Shown: piece after piece, positions 52,081-61,744 of the stretch
Layout of the letters: every line of letters starts with the position of its first letter
Numbering within the stretch: position 1 is the first letter of the stretch
Assembly (NCBI GenBank): GCA_041690295.1
Contig: JAWLHR010000009.1
Span: forward strand, 1-64,000
DNA from: Bdellovibrionales bacterium
Lineage (GTDB): Bacteria > Bdellovibrionota > Bdellovibrionia > Bdellovibrionales > UBA1609
Reading direction: 5' to 3'
Length of the DNA: 64,000 nt
The notes under the pieces: generated by a model
Databases searched by the model: none
Told to the model about the DNA's origin: nothing
The model's input: only the letters and a program-made list of their open reading frames with translations
Position numbers and translations under genes: made by a program

Positions 52081-52173
52081 CGTGAGGGTGCGTAAAATGG
52101 GTCCATTTGGTGTCCGGAATGTCCGGCGTTTCGGACTTTGTCCTTAGGGGCCGGACAGCTTAGTATGGGAACC

Positions 52174-52743
52174 ATGAAAGTTCGTTTTCTTAAAAGTGGG
52201 GTTAAACCGTCCGATTACCCCTTCCCCTATAAACCGGAAGTGGCCCTGGTGGGCCGGAGCAATGCCGGCAAATCGACTTTCATTAATGCCTTTTGCGGCC
52301 AGAAAGTCGCGAAAGTGAGTCAAACTCCGGGAAAAACCCGGCTTTTGAATTTTTTTGAAATCGGCGAGCAAGTTTACCTTGTGGATATGCCAGGTTACGG
52401 ATTCGCCACCGGAAATCGCGCCGAGATTGCCAGCTGGAAAGAAATGATTGAAAACTACCTCACTAGCCGGGAATCGTTGAAGGGCGTGATCTTGGTGATG
52501 GATATCCGCCGCGAATGGAGCGAGGACGAGGAACTGCTCAGGCGATATTTCGCGCATCACGGGATTCCATGGGCGCTAGTCCTCAGTAAAGCCGACAAGC
52601 TTTCGCGGTCGGCGGGCCAGCAACGGCAAAGGTTGGTGCAAAAAACATTAGGCACAGAGGTTCCGGTCTTCATCGTATCGGGGCAGAAGCGAGAAGGTAT
52701 CGAGCCGGTGAAGAATTTAGTTTTAAAGGAGTGGGCGAAATGA
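52174..52743 (+). CDS. engB: Ribosome biogenesis GTPase YihA/YsxC
   Basis: GRSNAGKS, S.TPGKT, VD.PGYG, K.DKL. Confidence 0.93.
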   Translation: MKVRFLKSGVKPSDYPFPYKPEVALVGRSNAGKSTFINAFCGQKVAKVSQTPGKTRLLNFFEIGEQVYLVDMPGYGFATGNRAEIASWKEMIENYLTSRESLKGVILVMDIRREWSEDEELLRRYFAHHGIPWALVLSKADKLSRSAGQQRQRLVQKTLGTEVPVFIVSGQKREGIEPVKNLVLKEWAK

Positions 52744-53471
52744 AAGCGATTGGTGTGATTCCGGCCCGGTTCGGTTCCACTCGATTTCCGGGAAAGCCGC
52801 TGAAAATCATCGCGGGCAAACCGCTTTTGCAATGGGTGATTGAAGGGGCTCGCGAAGCCCGAACACTCGATGAACTGTGGGTGGCCACCGATCATGAAGA
52901 CATATTCAATCTGGCCAGGGAGTTGGGTGTTAAAGCGGTGATGACTCCCAGTGAGTTGGCCAGCGGCAGTGACCGAGTCTTTCACGCCATCAAAGATGAA
53001 CCCGTCGATATCGTGGTGAATATTCAAGGCGATGAGCCCTTGATCACAGGGCAATTGCTTGATCAGCTGGTTTCGCCGTTGTTGGATGATCCGGATCTGC
53101 CCATGGCCACTTTGGCCCGCGGAATTCAAGCCGGCGACCTTGAAAACCGCAATACGGCCAAGATCGTTTTAAATGAAAAATCAGAGGCGATTTATTTCAG
53201 CCGCTTCCCCATCCCTTATTCGCGCGAGGACCGCGCCGAAGGCGAAGCCATTTGCGTCAAGCACATCGGGCTTTATGCATTCCGTAAGGATTTTTTGGCC
53301 AAGTTTTGCAGCCACGGTCCGACCGCCTTGGAGCGTGGCGAGGGCCTGGAACAGCTCAGAGCCCTTTATCTTGGCGCCCGCATTCGTGTGGTGCAGGTGG
53401 ACCATGAATCCTGGGGGGTGGATACGCCCGAGGACGTGAACAGAGTTGAGGATCTCCTCAGGCGCAAATAG
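52740..53471 (+). CDS. kdsB: 3-deoxy-manno-octulosonate cytidylyltransferase
   Basis: IPARFGSTRFPGKPL, SGSDR, VN.QGDEP, YFSR.PIP, H.G.Y, LEQLR, VDTPED. Confidence 0.95.
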   Translation: MKAIGVIPARFGSTRFPGKPLKIIAGKPLLQWVIEGAREARTLDELWVATDHEDIFNLARELGVKAVMTPSELASGSDRVFHAIKDEPVDIVVNIQGDEPLITGQLLDQLVSPLLDDPDLPMATLARGIQAGDLENRNTAKIVLNEKSEAIYFSRFPIPYSREDRAEGEAICVKHIGLYAFRKDFLAKFCSHGPTALERGEGLEQLRALYLGARIRVVQVDHESWGVDTPEDVNRVEDLLRRK

Positions 53472-53500
53472 TTGACGCAGTGGATAATTGGGCATAGCAT
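53472..53500 (+). promoter_or_regulatory. Sigma70-type promoter of pyrG (leaderless geometry)
   Basis: TTGACG-N17-TAGCAT, 7 nt before ATG 53508. Confidence 0.5.
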
Positions 53501-53507
53501 GCAATCG

Positions 53508-55250
53508 ATGAAAAAGTCCAAAAAGAAGCTTCCTTTGCGATCGCCGACGCGATCGACATCGAAACCTTTGGTGCAAAAATACATCTTCATCACCGGCGGC
53601 GTGGTCTCTTCAATCGGCAAGGGTTTAACCGCGGCAAGCCTTGGGACTTTGCTTGAATCGCGTGGTTTGAAAGTTTCTTTGATGAAATGCGATCCGTACA
53701 TCAATGTGGATCCGGGAACCATGTCGCCCCTTCAGCACGGTGAAGTTTACGTCACCGATGACGGCGCTGAAACCGATCTGGATTTGGGTCATTACGAACG
53801 GTTCACCAATGTCAGCGTTCGTCGCGCTAATTCAGTGACCGCGGGCCAAGTCTACGAAAGTGTGATCACCAAAGAGCGCCGAGGGGATTATCTCGGTGGA
53901 ACCGTGCAGGTGATTCCGCATATCACCGACGAAATCAAATCCCGTATCTATGAAGCCGCCCAGGGCAGCGAAGTGATCATCGTGGAAATCGGCGGAACCG
54001 TGGGTGACATCGAAGGCCTGCCCTTCATCGAAGCCATTCGTCAGATGAGAGTGGATGTGGGCATTGAAAATTCCATTTTCATCCATGTCACGTATGTGCC
54101 CTACATCGCCGCCGCGGGAGAGTTGAAAAGTAAACCCACCCAGCATTCGGTCAAAGAGTTGATGCAAGTGGGGATTCAACCGGACTTCCTCATCTGCCGC
54201 AGTGAGCGGGAAATCACGCCCGAACTTAAAAGTAAAATCGGCTTGTTCTGTAGTGTGCGCCCTGAAAACGTCATCGCGGCGGTGGACTCGAAAACAATTT
54301 ATGAAGTTCCGTTGGTTTTGCATGCCGAGGGTCTCGACCAGAAAGTCGTCGACCGCCTCCAGCTTGAAGCCGGTGAGCCGGAAATGGAAGGCTGGCGTAA
54401 GATGGTTCACACCTTGAAAACGCCGGAACGGGAAGTTTCGATCGGGATTGTCGGCAAGTATGTGGATCTGAAGGAAAGTTACAAATCACTGCACGAAGCC
54501 CTCGTTCATGGCGGCATCGCCAACAATGCCAAGGTCAATATCGCTTATATAGATTCCGAAATGCTGAATGACCGGAACGTGGCCGAGGCTTTGAAGAACG
54601 TGGATGGGGTTCTGGTGCCCGGCGGTTTCGGTGAGCGCGGCGCTGAAGGTAAAATCGCGGCGATTCGCTATGTACGGGAAAATCTGATTCCGTTTTTTGG
54701 GATCTGTTTCGGTATGCAAATGGCCGCCATCGAGTTCGCGCGCAACGCCTGCGGCATCAAAGACGCCACCAGCCGCGAGTTCGTGGGCCCCAGAAAATCG
54801 GCTCGCAATGTGGTCATTGATCTCATGGACGAGCAGAAGAACATTCAAGACATGGGCGGCACCATGCGGCTCGGTTCCTATCCGTGCAAAGTGCTTAAAG
54901 GAACCCGCACTTACGAGGCCTACGGCACGACATTGATTCACGAGCGTCACCGCCACCGTTACGAGTTCAACAATAAATATCGCGCCCTGTTCGAGAAAAA
55001 AGGGCTGACCCTCGCGGGCATTTGCGAAGAACGTGATTTGGTCGAGATCATCGAGATCACCGATCACCCCTGGTTCATCGGGGTTCAGTTTCATCCCGAG
55101 TTCAAATCCAAACCGCTCGCGCCACATCCGCTGTTCAAGCAATTTGTCCGCGCCAGTCGCGAGCATAAGTACAAGAAACTTGAAAAAACATACTCGACAT
55201 CCAAAAAGCAGCGCGCCAGCAAAATGGCGCGCGGGGAAAGTTTCGCTTAA
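53508..55250 (+). CDS. pyrG: CTP synthase
   Basis: [49 protein letters not shown]. Confidence 0.97.
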   Translation: MKKSKKKLPLRSPTRSTSKPLVQKYIFITGGVVSSIGKGLTAASLGTLLESRGLKVSLMKCDPYINVDPGTMSPLQHGEVYVTDDGAETDLDLGHYERFTNVSVRRANSVTAGQVYESVITKERRGDYLGGTVQVIPHITDEIKSRIYEAAQGSEVIIVEIGGTVGDIEGLPFIEAIRQMRVDVGIENSIFIHVTYVPYIAAAGELKSKPTQHSVKELMQVGIQPDFLICRSEREITPELKSKIGLFCSVRPENVIAAVDSKTIYEVPLVLHAEGLDQKVVDRLQLEAGEPEMEGWRKMVHTLKTPEREVSIGIVGKYVDLKESYKSLHEALVHGGIANNAKVNIAYIDSEMLNDRNVAEALKNVDGVLVPGGFGERGAEGKIAAIRYVRENLIPFFGICFGMQMAAIEFARNACGIKDATSREFVGPRKSARNVVIDLMDEQKNIQDMGGTMRLGSYPCKVLKGTRTYEAYGTTLIHERHRHRYEFNNKYRALFEKKGLTLAGICEERDLVEIIEITDHPWFIGVQFHPEFKSKPLAPHPLFKQFVRASREHKYKKLEKTYSTSKKQRASKMARGESFA

Positions 55251-55261
55251 AGGCGGTGAGC

Positions 55262-56242
55262 ATGTCCGCGGATATTGAAGAAGGTCGGCGCGTTCTGAAG
55301 ATTGAAGCTCAATGCATTTTGGACGCGGCCGAGAAGCTGAACGGCGCTTTTCAAGAATCTGTCGAGATGATTTTGAACTGCACCGGAAAGGTGATCGTCA
55401 CGGGGATCGGCAAATCCGGTCAGATCGCCCGTAAAATGGCGAGCACCTTGAGTTCCACGGGAACACCGGCCCTTTTCCTACACCCCGCTGAAAGCTCCCA
55501 CGGTGACATGGGTGTGGTGACGCGAAATGATCTGGTGATCGCCTTCAGTTATGGCGGGGAATCCGCCGAGCTCACGCACTTGTTGAATTTCCTGGCCCGG
55601 CGGGACATTCCGTTGATCGCGTTCACCGCACGGGGTGAATCCAGTTTGGCCAAATCCGCGCGCGCGGTTTTGGATATTTCGGTTCAAGAGGAGGCGTGCC
55701 CACTGGGGCTCGCGCCGACTTCAAGTTCGACGGTGTCCTTGGCTTTGGCCGACGCTTTGGCCATGGCGGTTTTAAAACGCCGGGGTTTTCGCAAAGAAGA
55801 TTTCGCCGAATTCCATCCCGGCGGTTCTCTGGGTCGTCGGCTCACCTTACGAGTGAAAGATGTCATGCATTCGGGCGAGGCTTTGCCTCTTGTTTCGCCG
55901 GATGAAGACATGAAAAAAGTGATTTCGCTGATGACGTCCAAGGATGTGCGAGGAGTGGCCGGAGTGGTGGACGAGCAACAATCCTTGATCGGCATCATCA
56001 CCGACGGCGACATCCGCCGGCGGCTTGAAAAGAGCAGCAATCCTCTTGAAGAAAAAGCCCGCGACGTCATGTCCCGCAATCCCAAAACCATCGACTGCGA
56101 TGAGCTGGCGGAAAAGGCGGCGTTCCTCATGCAGCAGTTCAAAATCGACCGGTTATTCGCGATCAACCGGCAAGGCGCCAACCCCAATCGGGTCGTGGGA
56201 TTGATTCACTTCCAGGATTTGTTAAAGGCCGGAATCCGTTAA
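55262..56242 (+). CDS. kdsD: Arabinose-5-phosphate isomerase (KpsF/GutQ)
   Basis: G.GKSG.IA.K..ST..STGTP, HGD.G, EACPLGLAPTSS, FHPGG.LG, CBS pair with TDGD.RR. Confidence 0.93.
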   Translation: MSADIEEGRRVLKIEAQCILDAAEKLNGAFQESVEMILNCTGKVIVTGIGKSGQIARKMASTLSSTGTPALFLHPAESSHGDMGVVTRNDLVIAFSYGGESAELTHLLNFLARRDIPLIAFTARGESSLAKSARAVLDISVQEEACPLGLAPTSSSTVSLALADALAMAVLKRRGFRKEDFAEFHPGGSLGRRLTLRVKDVMHSGEALPLVSPDEDMKKVISLMTSKDVRGVAGVVDEQQSLIGIITDGDIRRRLEKSSNPLEEKARDVMSRNPKTIDCDELAEKAAFLMQQFKIDRLFAINRQGANPNRVVGLIHFQDLLKAGIR

Positions 56243-56950
56243 GGCGGCGGCGGGATTTCTCTCGCGCATTCCTGCAGCTGGTTTGCGCGAAATCTTCGAT
56301 ATCTGAGCCCATTCGAGCGCAGGCGAAGCGCTTCCAACGCCAGATCCAGTTCCGCCGCGGATATGCGATTTTCCGTTAAATCGGCCTCGAGTCTTCTAAG
56401 CTCTTCAAAAATGGCTTTTTCTTCTCGATCAATCCGCTCCAGTTCCTTCTTGGCCAGGGCCAAGGCGTCCGCCCGGGCATCGATACTTGAAGTGGCTTGT
56501 TCACAAGTCGGAAGGTCGATGGGTGCCGAAATCCCTTCACTTGAATCCGCGATCCGCACTTCGGCCGAATGGTGATTGCAAATCCGGTGAATACTTTCGG
56601 CTCTGAGGTGCACGAGAATTCCCACGGTGGTGTCGAGAGCTCTGCAGGTAAAATCCCGTTCGTGCCTTTTTTTAAAATCGCGGCAACGGCTGATGAGTTC
56701 CGTGCGGAGTGATCGGCAAAGGGTCACATCGCCGAGGCGACAGCCCACCTCGAGGAATCGGGCGTACTTTTCCACGGTCGTGAAGGAATCAAGAAAGGTG
56801 GCCGTGCACTCGCCGAATTCGTTCCGGCTCGGCGTGGGTTCGGACATCGCCATGGTGAGACTGGGCCACTTGTCGGGAATCGAGTCGAAAAGGGCGGCTT
56901 GGCCGGTCAACGAGTGAAAAGGTATTAAAAAACAAAACCAGTGGAATCAT
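56239..56950 (-). pseudogene. Secreted hypothetical protein with an apparent 1-nt frameshift in a T6 tract near the 5' end
   Basis: ATG 56950 reads MIPLVLF; removing one T at 56927-56932 joins it to the 223-aa ORF as MIPLVLFLIPFHSLTGQA-ALFD, a signal peptide. An intact TTG-start gene at 56910 is the alternative. Confidence 0.45.
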
Positions 56951-57129
56951 GTGAGTTCGCTCTATCACCGAGGCGGACGGCGTTCAATGCTCGGAGGGGC
57001 TTTTAGGCAAAATTTGCAGTTAATAGGGCGCCTCACGGGCCATCCTGGAATGGATCTTGCGATGGCACCGGCGTGAAAGTTCGTTAGATATGTTGGTTGG
57101 CCGTTAGGCGACGAAACTGGGCGGTTTGT

Positions 57130-57198
57130 ATGCCGATTAGACATTGGTTCATAGTCGCGTTGGTTGTGGTCCTAGTGATTTCCTTCGGGTGGCCATAA
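57130..57198 (+). CDS. Possible 22-aa single-TM micropeptide
   Basis: MPIRHWFIVALVVVLVISFGWP*, in frame with and 3 nt before the S41 start. Confidence 0.25.
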   Translation: MPIRHWFIVALVVVLVISFGWP

Positions 57199-57201
57199 GC
57201 C

Positions 57202-58485
57202 ATGCGATTGATTTGTACGTTGGTTCTTTTCTTCGCGATTCCCCTCGCGCAAGGCACCTTTAAGCCCGTGCACGAGGCCGATTTCTGGGCCGAAACCCGT
57301 TTGGACCTCGAATACGCCAGACGTTTCATCACCAATAAAACCTGCCGATCGAGCGAAAAGTGGACAGCGGGCTGTTTAAAGGCCATCCGTGCCGGCTTGA
57401 AATTCATCAAAGGTGACACCTCAACTCTTGAACGAAAGCTGACCCGCGAGGCGGCGCGGACCGACTTCGATTCCTGGCTGCGTTTGATCAACCGGTCCCC
57501 ACTGACCACCTATAAAGCTATGGTTTGGGGTTCGATGGTGAACAAGGTTTTACAAGCCTTCGATTCCCATGCCCGAATCATTCCCGTTGAACTCTTTCAA
57601 AATACCTTGGGACCCGAACGTAAAACCGTGGTGGAGCTGCCCGCCGTCTCATCGGAACTGATCGCCCACGAGGGTTCTAAAATCGGTGTTCTCACCATCA
57701 CGGTCTTTCGCGAGCGTGTCTGTGAACTGGCGGAAATCGAACTGAGAAGGCTCATGGCTTCCAATCCCGGTGCTTTGATTCTGGATCTGCGGTCGAATCC
57801 CGGCGGCATGGTGGATGAGGCCATTTGTCTCGCGCGCGTATTTGTGGGTCCGCAAAAGGTGGCGCACAAAGTGTTTTTTGGGGTTTCACCGTTTCCCAAA
57901 GAAATGGACCTTGAGCCGAGGCTTAGCGTGGACATGGAGGCCTTGGGAAACCGGTTGCAACCGTCACTCTATATAAGTGAGACGCCCATTGTGGTTTTGA
58001 TCGACCCGCGCACGGCGAGCGCCGCGGAAATGTTCACGGCGGCTCTTCAGGATTTCGACCGGGCCTGGATCGCCGGAGAAATCAGTAGCGGTAAAGGGGT
58101 CTTCCAAATCGTGCAGCTTCTTGAGTTCAAACCTGACCTTGTCCTGATTCATTCCGCGTTCGAAGTTCTGCGACCGAGTGGATCGTCGATTCACGTCCAG
58201 GGCGTTCAACCGAACTTCGAAGTGCTCACCCGCGCGCATGGCGAAAAACGTGAAATCGAGTTGTACCCGAACACGCCTTCGCCACGCCATCCGCTGGTAT
58301 GGCAGGAAACCCGGCCGCTCGAGCGGGATCGGTTGGTGGGCTGTGTTCAAGGATCTCCGAAGATCGTGCGCATCGATGCGGATTCGCCGCTCGCTTTCGC
58401 CACCACACTCGCCGGGTGTGCGATCAAGCAATCGAAACATAAGATTTCCGCCGAATCGACTCATCTCGACTCAGGACCGGATTGA
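57202..58485 (+). CDS. S41 family peptidase (C-terminal processing protease-like), PDZ-less
   Basis: Signal peptide; D.H, LILDLR.NPGG, TASAAE (Ser), GKG..Q (Lys), P.G.SI...GV.P. Confidence 0.85.
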   Translation: MRLICTLVLFFAIPLAQGTFKPVHEADFWAETRLDLEYARRFITNKTCRSSEKWTAGCLKAIRAGLKFIKGDTSTLERKLTREAARTDFDSWLRLINRSPLTTYKAMVWGSMVNKVLQAFDSHARIIPVELFQNTLGPERKTVVELPAVSSELIAHEGSKIGVLTITVFRERVCELAEIELRRLMASNPGALILDLRSNPGGMVDEAICLARVFVGPQKVAHKVFFGVSPFPKEMDLEPRLSVDMEALGNRLQPSLYISETPIVVLIDPRTASAAEMFTAALQDFDRAWIAGEISSGKGVFQIVQLLEFKPDLVLIHSAFEVLRPSGSSIHVQGVQPNFEVLTRAHGEKREIELYPNTPSPRHPLVWQETRPLERDRLVGCVQGSPKIVRIDADSPLAFATTLAGCAIKQSKHKISAESTHLDSGPD

Positions 58486-58532
58486 TAATTGCCCGAATAT
58501 ACAACCTGATCGAATCTCCGTAAGATCAGGGC

Positions 58533-59279
58533 ATGAACAACAAACTACTGCTGGGATTGCTTTGCTTCTCGTTAATCAGTGTGGTCGTTCGGGCGAATGA
58601 AATCGAGGTACCTGAAGAGGAATTGGCGCGCGAAACGACCCTTCCCATTTTCGATAAACGGCAAATCGTACTGAATCGCAACGTGGTGACTGAGCAACGG
58701 TTTGAAATCGGCGGTGGTTTCGGTCTGGAAATGAATGAGCCCTATTACAACGACTATATGTTCAACCTTCAGGGAACGTACAACCTGAGCGATCGCAGCG
58801 CGATCAATGTTCTCCTGTTGTTCTGGATGGATGGATTATCCAATTACGGTGAGCAGTTAAAAGCCGGTCGTCCGACCGCCACTCCGCCGGTGCAATCGTT
58901 CGATGCGATGAAAGCGCCCCATCCCAAGTGGGGTATGTTCGCGAACTATGAATTCATCGCCTATTACGGGAAGATTTCGATCAGTAAGCTGGGCGTGATG
59001 AATCTGAACACGTTCGGCATCGCGGGGCTTGGGTACATCAATATGGACTCGCTCAGCTCTCCCGCGCTCAATTTAGGCGTGGGGCAGAACTTCTTTTTCA
59101 CCAAGAACTTCGGATTGCGCTTCGATTTGCGTTACCTGATCTTTCAGGGACCGGACGCCACATCCAAGCCACTTCGTAGTGTTGGAACCACCATCGATCC
59201 GACACCGGATCCGAATTCCTTTGACGAGAGAATTCACTACAACGGCCAGATCAGCTTGTCCGCGATCTTTCTTCTGTAA
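58533..59279 (+). CDS. Outer-membrane beta-barrel protein (Myxococcus GltA/B/H-like)
   Basis: Signal peptide; RFEI......NEPY, YYGKISI, G.GQ.FF......LR.D; heads the TPR cluster. Confidence 0.7.
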   Translation: MNNKLLLGLLCFSLISVVVRANEIEVPEEELARETTLPIFDKRQIVLNRNVVTEQRFEIGGGFGLEMNEPYYNDYMFNLQGTYNLSDRSAINVLLLFWMDGLSNYGEQLKAGRPTATPPVQSFDAMKAPHPKWGMFANYEFIAYYGKISISKLGVMNLNTFGIAGLGYINMDSLSSPALNLGVGQNFFFTKNFGLRFDLRYLIFQGPDATSKPLRSVGTTIDPTPDPNSFDERIHYNGQISLSAIFLL

Positions 59280-59384
59280 CCATAAGCGCGCATAGGCTTG
59301 GGTCCAGATTACTTCCATATATATTCATTTTGAAAATTTGATTCTGTATCCTTAATTCAGGGAAATCACCAGTTTGGAGTAGCC

Positions 59385-60203
59385 GTGCTGTCATATCATC
59401 TAAGAGTTTCACTCCTTGTCGGCTTTCTATGCTTCACGGGATGGGTTCAAGCTCAGGATTTGGAAGACGATGGTCCGAGCGGCGCCAATTCCATCGAAAA
59501 GGAAATTGAGTCACTTTACGATCGTGATGAGCGAACTCAATCGACCCGCTCGGCGCCCAAAAGAAGTAAAAAAGCGGCCAAAGAAGTGGACACTCTGTCC
59601 GATCTGGCGACGCTGGCGCCGTTCAGCGACGTCGCGGTTATTCAAAGACGGTTTCTCCCCAAAACCAATCGCTTCGAATTGTCCGGTTCCCTATTCTCCA
59701 ATCTGAACAATCCCTTCTTCAATGCCCTGGGCGGAAGCGCGAGGGTGGCCTATTACATCCGCGAGAAATACGCGCTTGAAGGTCTCGCGTTGTTCGCTTC
59801 GACCAGCACGCGCCAGGTGACCGATGACCTTGAAGCCAACCGCGGGATCAAGACGGATAACGTGATCACATCGAAGAACTACATGGGACTCGCCCTGAAG
59901 TGGAACCCCATTTACGGTAAAATCACCTGGTTGAACAAATCCATCGTGCCCTTCGATTTGAACTTTTCAATCGGAGGCGGAATGACCCAAACCACTCAAA
60001 ACGACAGCGCGCCCACTTTGCATCTTGGGACGAGCCAGGTTTTCGCCTGGACGAAGTCCATGGCGTTTCGCTGGGACTTGATCTGGAACATGTACAGCGC
60101 GGAAGCGACTCAGGATAACGGGACCAAGGAGAAGTTAAATCAAAATGACTTGTTCCTGGGCGTGGGGATGAGTTTCTACTTTCCAGAGGCGACATACCGA
60201 TGA
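59385..60203 (+). CDS. Outer-membrane beta-barrel protein (Myxococcus GltA/B/H-like)
   Basis: V.VIQRR...K..RFE, NNPF, W.PIYGK, FD, G.SFYFP; GGAG RBS and GTG start. Confidence 0.75.
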   Translation: MLSYHLRVSLLVGFLCFTGWVQAQDLEDDGPSGANSIEKEIESLYDRDERTQSTRSAPKRSKKAAKEVDTLSDLATLAPFSDVAVIQRRFLPKTNRFELSGSLFSNLNNPFFNALGGSARVAYYIREKYALEGLALFASTSTRQVTDDLEANRGIKTDNVITSKNYMGLALKWNPIYGKITWLNKSIVPFDLNFSIGGGMTQTTQNDSAPTLHLGTSQVFAWTKSMAFRWDLIWNMYSAEATQDNGTKEKLNQNDLFLGVGMSFYFPEATYR

Positions 60204-61744
60204 AGAGTTTAATCACGATCACATTGATTTTCTGCCTACTTCCGATGTCCGCGGACGCCCAAAAAAAGCGTGGCGCGAGGTTGAACCTGGCCAGCGAACG
60301 TGATCTCGCCGATGCTTTAACCCTGGCCAAAGCCGGAAAGTACGTCGAAGCTTCACAACGATTGTTTCAGCTCAGTTATTCGCCCCGCTACCGCAACCGG
60401 CGGATGCAGATCAAATACATACTCGGGCTGGCCCTTCACCAGATGAAACTGAACCAGGTCTCGGCGTTTCAATTCATCGGCGTGGTGAAGGAAGGCAATA
60501 ACCGCTACATCAAACAAAGCTTGGAGCGGCTGTCTCTTGCGGCCGACGCTCTGGGCGACGACACGCTTTTGAATTACGCCATTTCACGGGTCAATGTCGA
60601 TGAGTTCCCGCGCGCCCACCGGGACATGTTGCACTTCCGGATCGGCGAATTTCAGATGAGAAACCGGCAGTACTTGCAAGCCGCGGAAAGTTTCAACCGG
60701 GTGGCGCGAAACCACAGCCTTTACAGTCTCGCCCGTTACAATCAGGGCTTGGCCCTGGCTGAAGCGGGTCAGGCCGACCGGGCTTTGGCCGTGTTCGAAG
60801 AGTTGATCCGCGCGCGCGCCAACGCGGGAGTCACCGATCGGGCCCGTGTCGCCGGAATCATGGGTAAAGCGCGGGTTCTCTATCAGCGCAAATCTTGGGA
60901 TGCGGCGATTGAGGCTTATCGCAGCGTGCCCCGTGATTCCGAGTTCTGGCATGACACTTTATTTGAATCCAGTTGGGCCATGCTTCGTTCAGGACGGTTC
61001 CGTTCGGCGATCAGTAATTTCCAGTCGCTTCACTCGGCCTTCTATGAGGACCATTATCTCCCCGAGTCTTTGCTCCTGAGATCGATCGTCTATCTTTATA
61101 TTTGTAAGTACGACGAGATGGATAAGGTCTTGAACCTGTTCCAGCGGATCTACAAGCCCGTTTACGACCAGATTGATAAATTGATCGATAACGTACGCTA
61201 TCCCGAGCGCTACTTCACGATGATGAACGATATGATGAGGATGAACAAAGAGGGCCGGCGCAAGAATATGAGCACGCCGATGCCTTATCTGGTGGCGCAG
61301 AAAATCGCCCGTGAACCGGATTTCCAGAACACCTTCCAGTACATCCGCAAGCTCATTGAAGAGCGTAAGCGCATCGACACCCTGCCCGCGTCCTGGCAGA
61401 ACGCGAGCATCGGAAATTACGCCAAGAAAGTGCTCAACACGCGCTTGAAAAAAGCGAAGCAAAAAGCGGGTAAGATCGTTCGCAATCACCTCTTGAACAT
61501 CAAGGAAGAGTTGATCGACTTGATTGAGCAGGAAGGATTCGCCCGCTACGAAATGATCAACGGCCGTAAAGAAAGTTTGAAAAAGCGAATCGCCGGTAAA
61601 GATCTGCCTCAGCAAACCGTCGATGAAAGCCGTAAGCGGGACTTTTACATTCAAAATGGTTACGAGTACTGGCCGTTTAGCGGTGAGTACTGGTTGGATG
61701 AGTTAGGAAACTATCATTATGTCGGCACGCAAAGTTGTAATTAG
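60200..61744 (+). CDS. Secreted TPR protein (GltC-like gliding component)
   Basis: Signal peptide; TPRs; W...LFE.SW, EYWPF.GEYW.DELG.Y.......C C-terminus. Confidence 0.75.
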   Translation: MKSLITITLIFCLLPMSADAQKKRGARLNLASERDLADALTLAKAGKYVEASQRLFQLSYSPRYRNRRMQIKYILGLALHQMKLNQVSAFQFIGVVKEGNNRYIKQSLERLSLAADALGDDTLLNYAISRVNVDEFPRAHRDMLHFRIGEFQMRNRQYLQAAESFNRVARNHSLYSLARYNQGLALAEAGQADRALAVFEELIRARANAGVTDRARVAGIMGKARVLYQRKSWDAAIEAYRSVPRDSEFWHDTLFESSWAMLRSGRFRSAISNFQSLHSAFYEDHYLPESLLLRSIVYLYICKYDEMDKVLNLFQRIYKPVYDQIDKLIDNVRYPERYFTMMNDMMRMNKEGRRKNMSTPMPYLVAQKIAREPDFQNTFQYIRKLIEERKRIDTLPASWQNASIGNYAKKVLNTRLKKAKQKAGKIVRNHLLNIKEELIDLIEQEGFARYEMINGRKESLKKRIAGKDLPQQTVDESRKRDFYIQNGYEYWPFSGEYWLDELGNYHYVGTQSCN

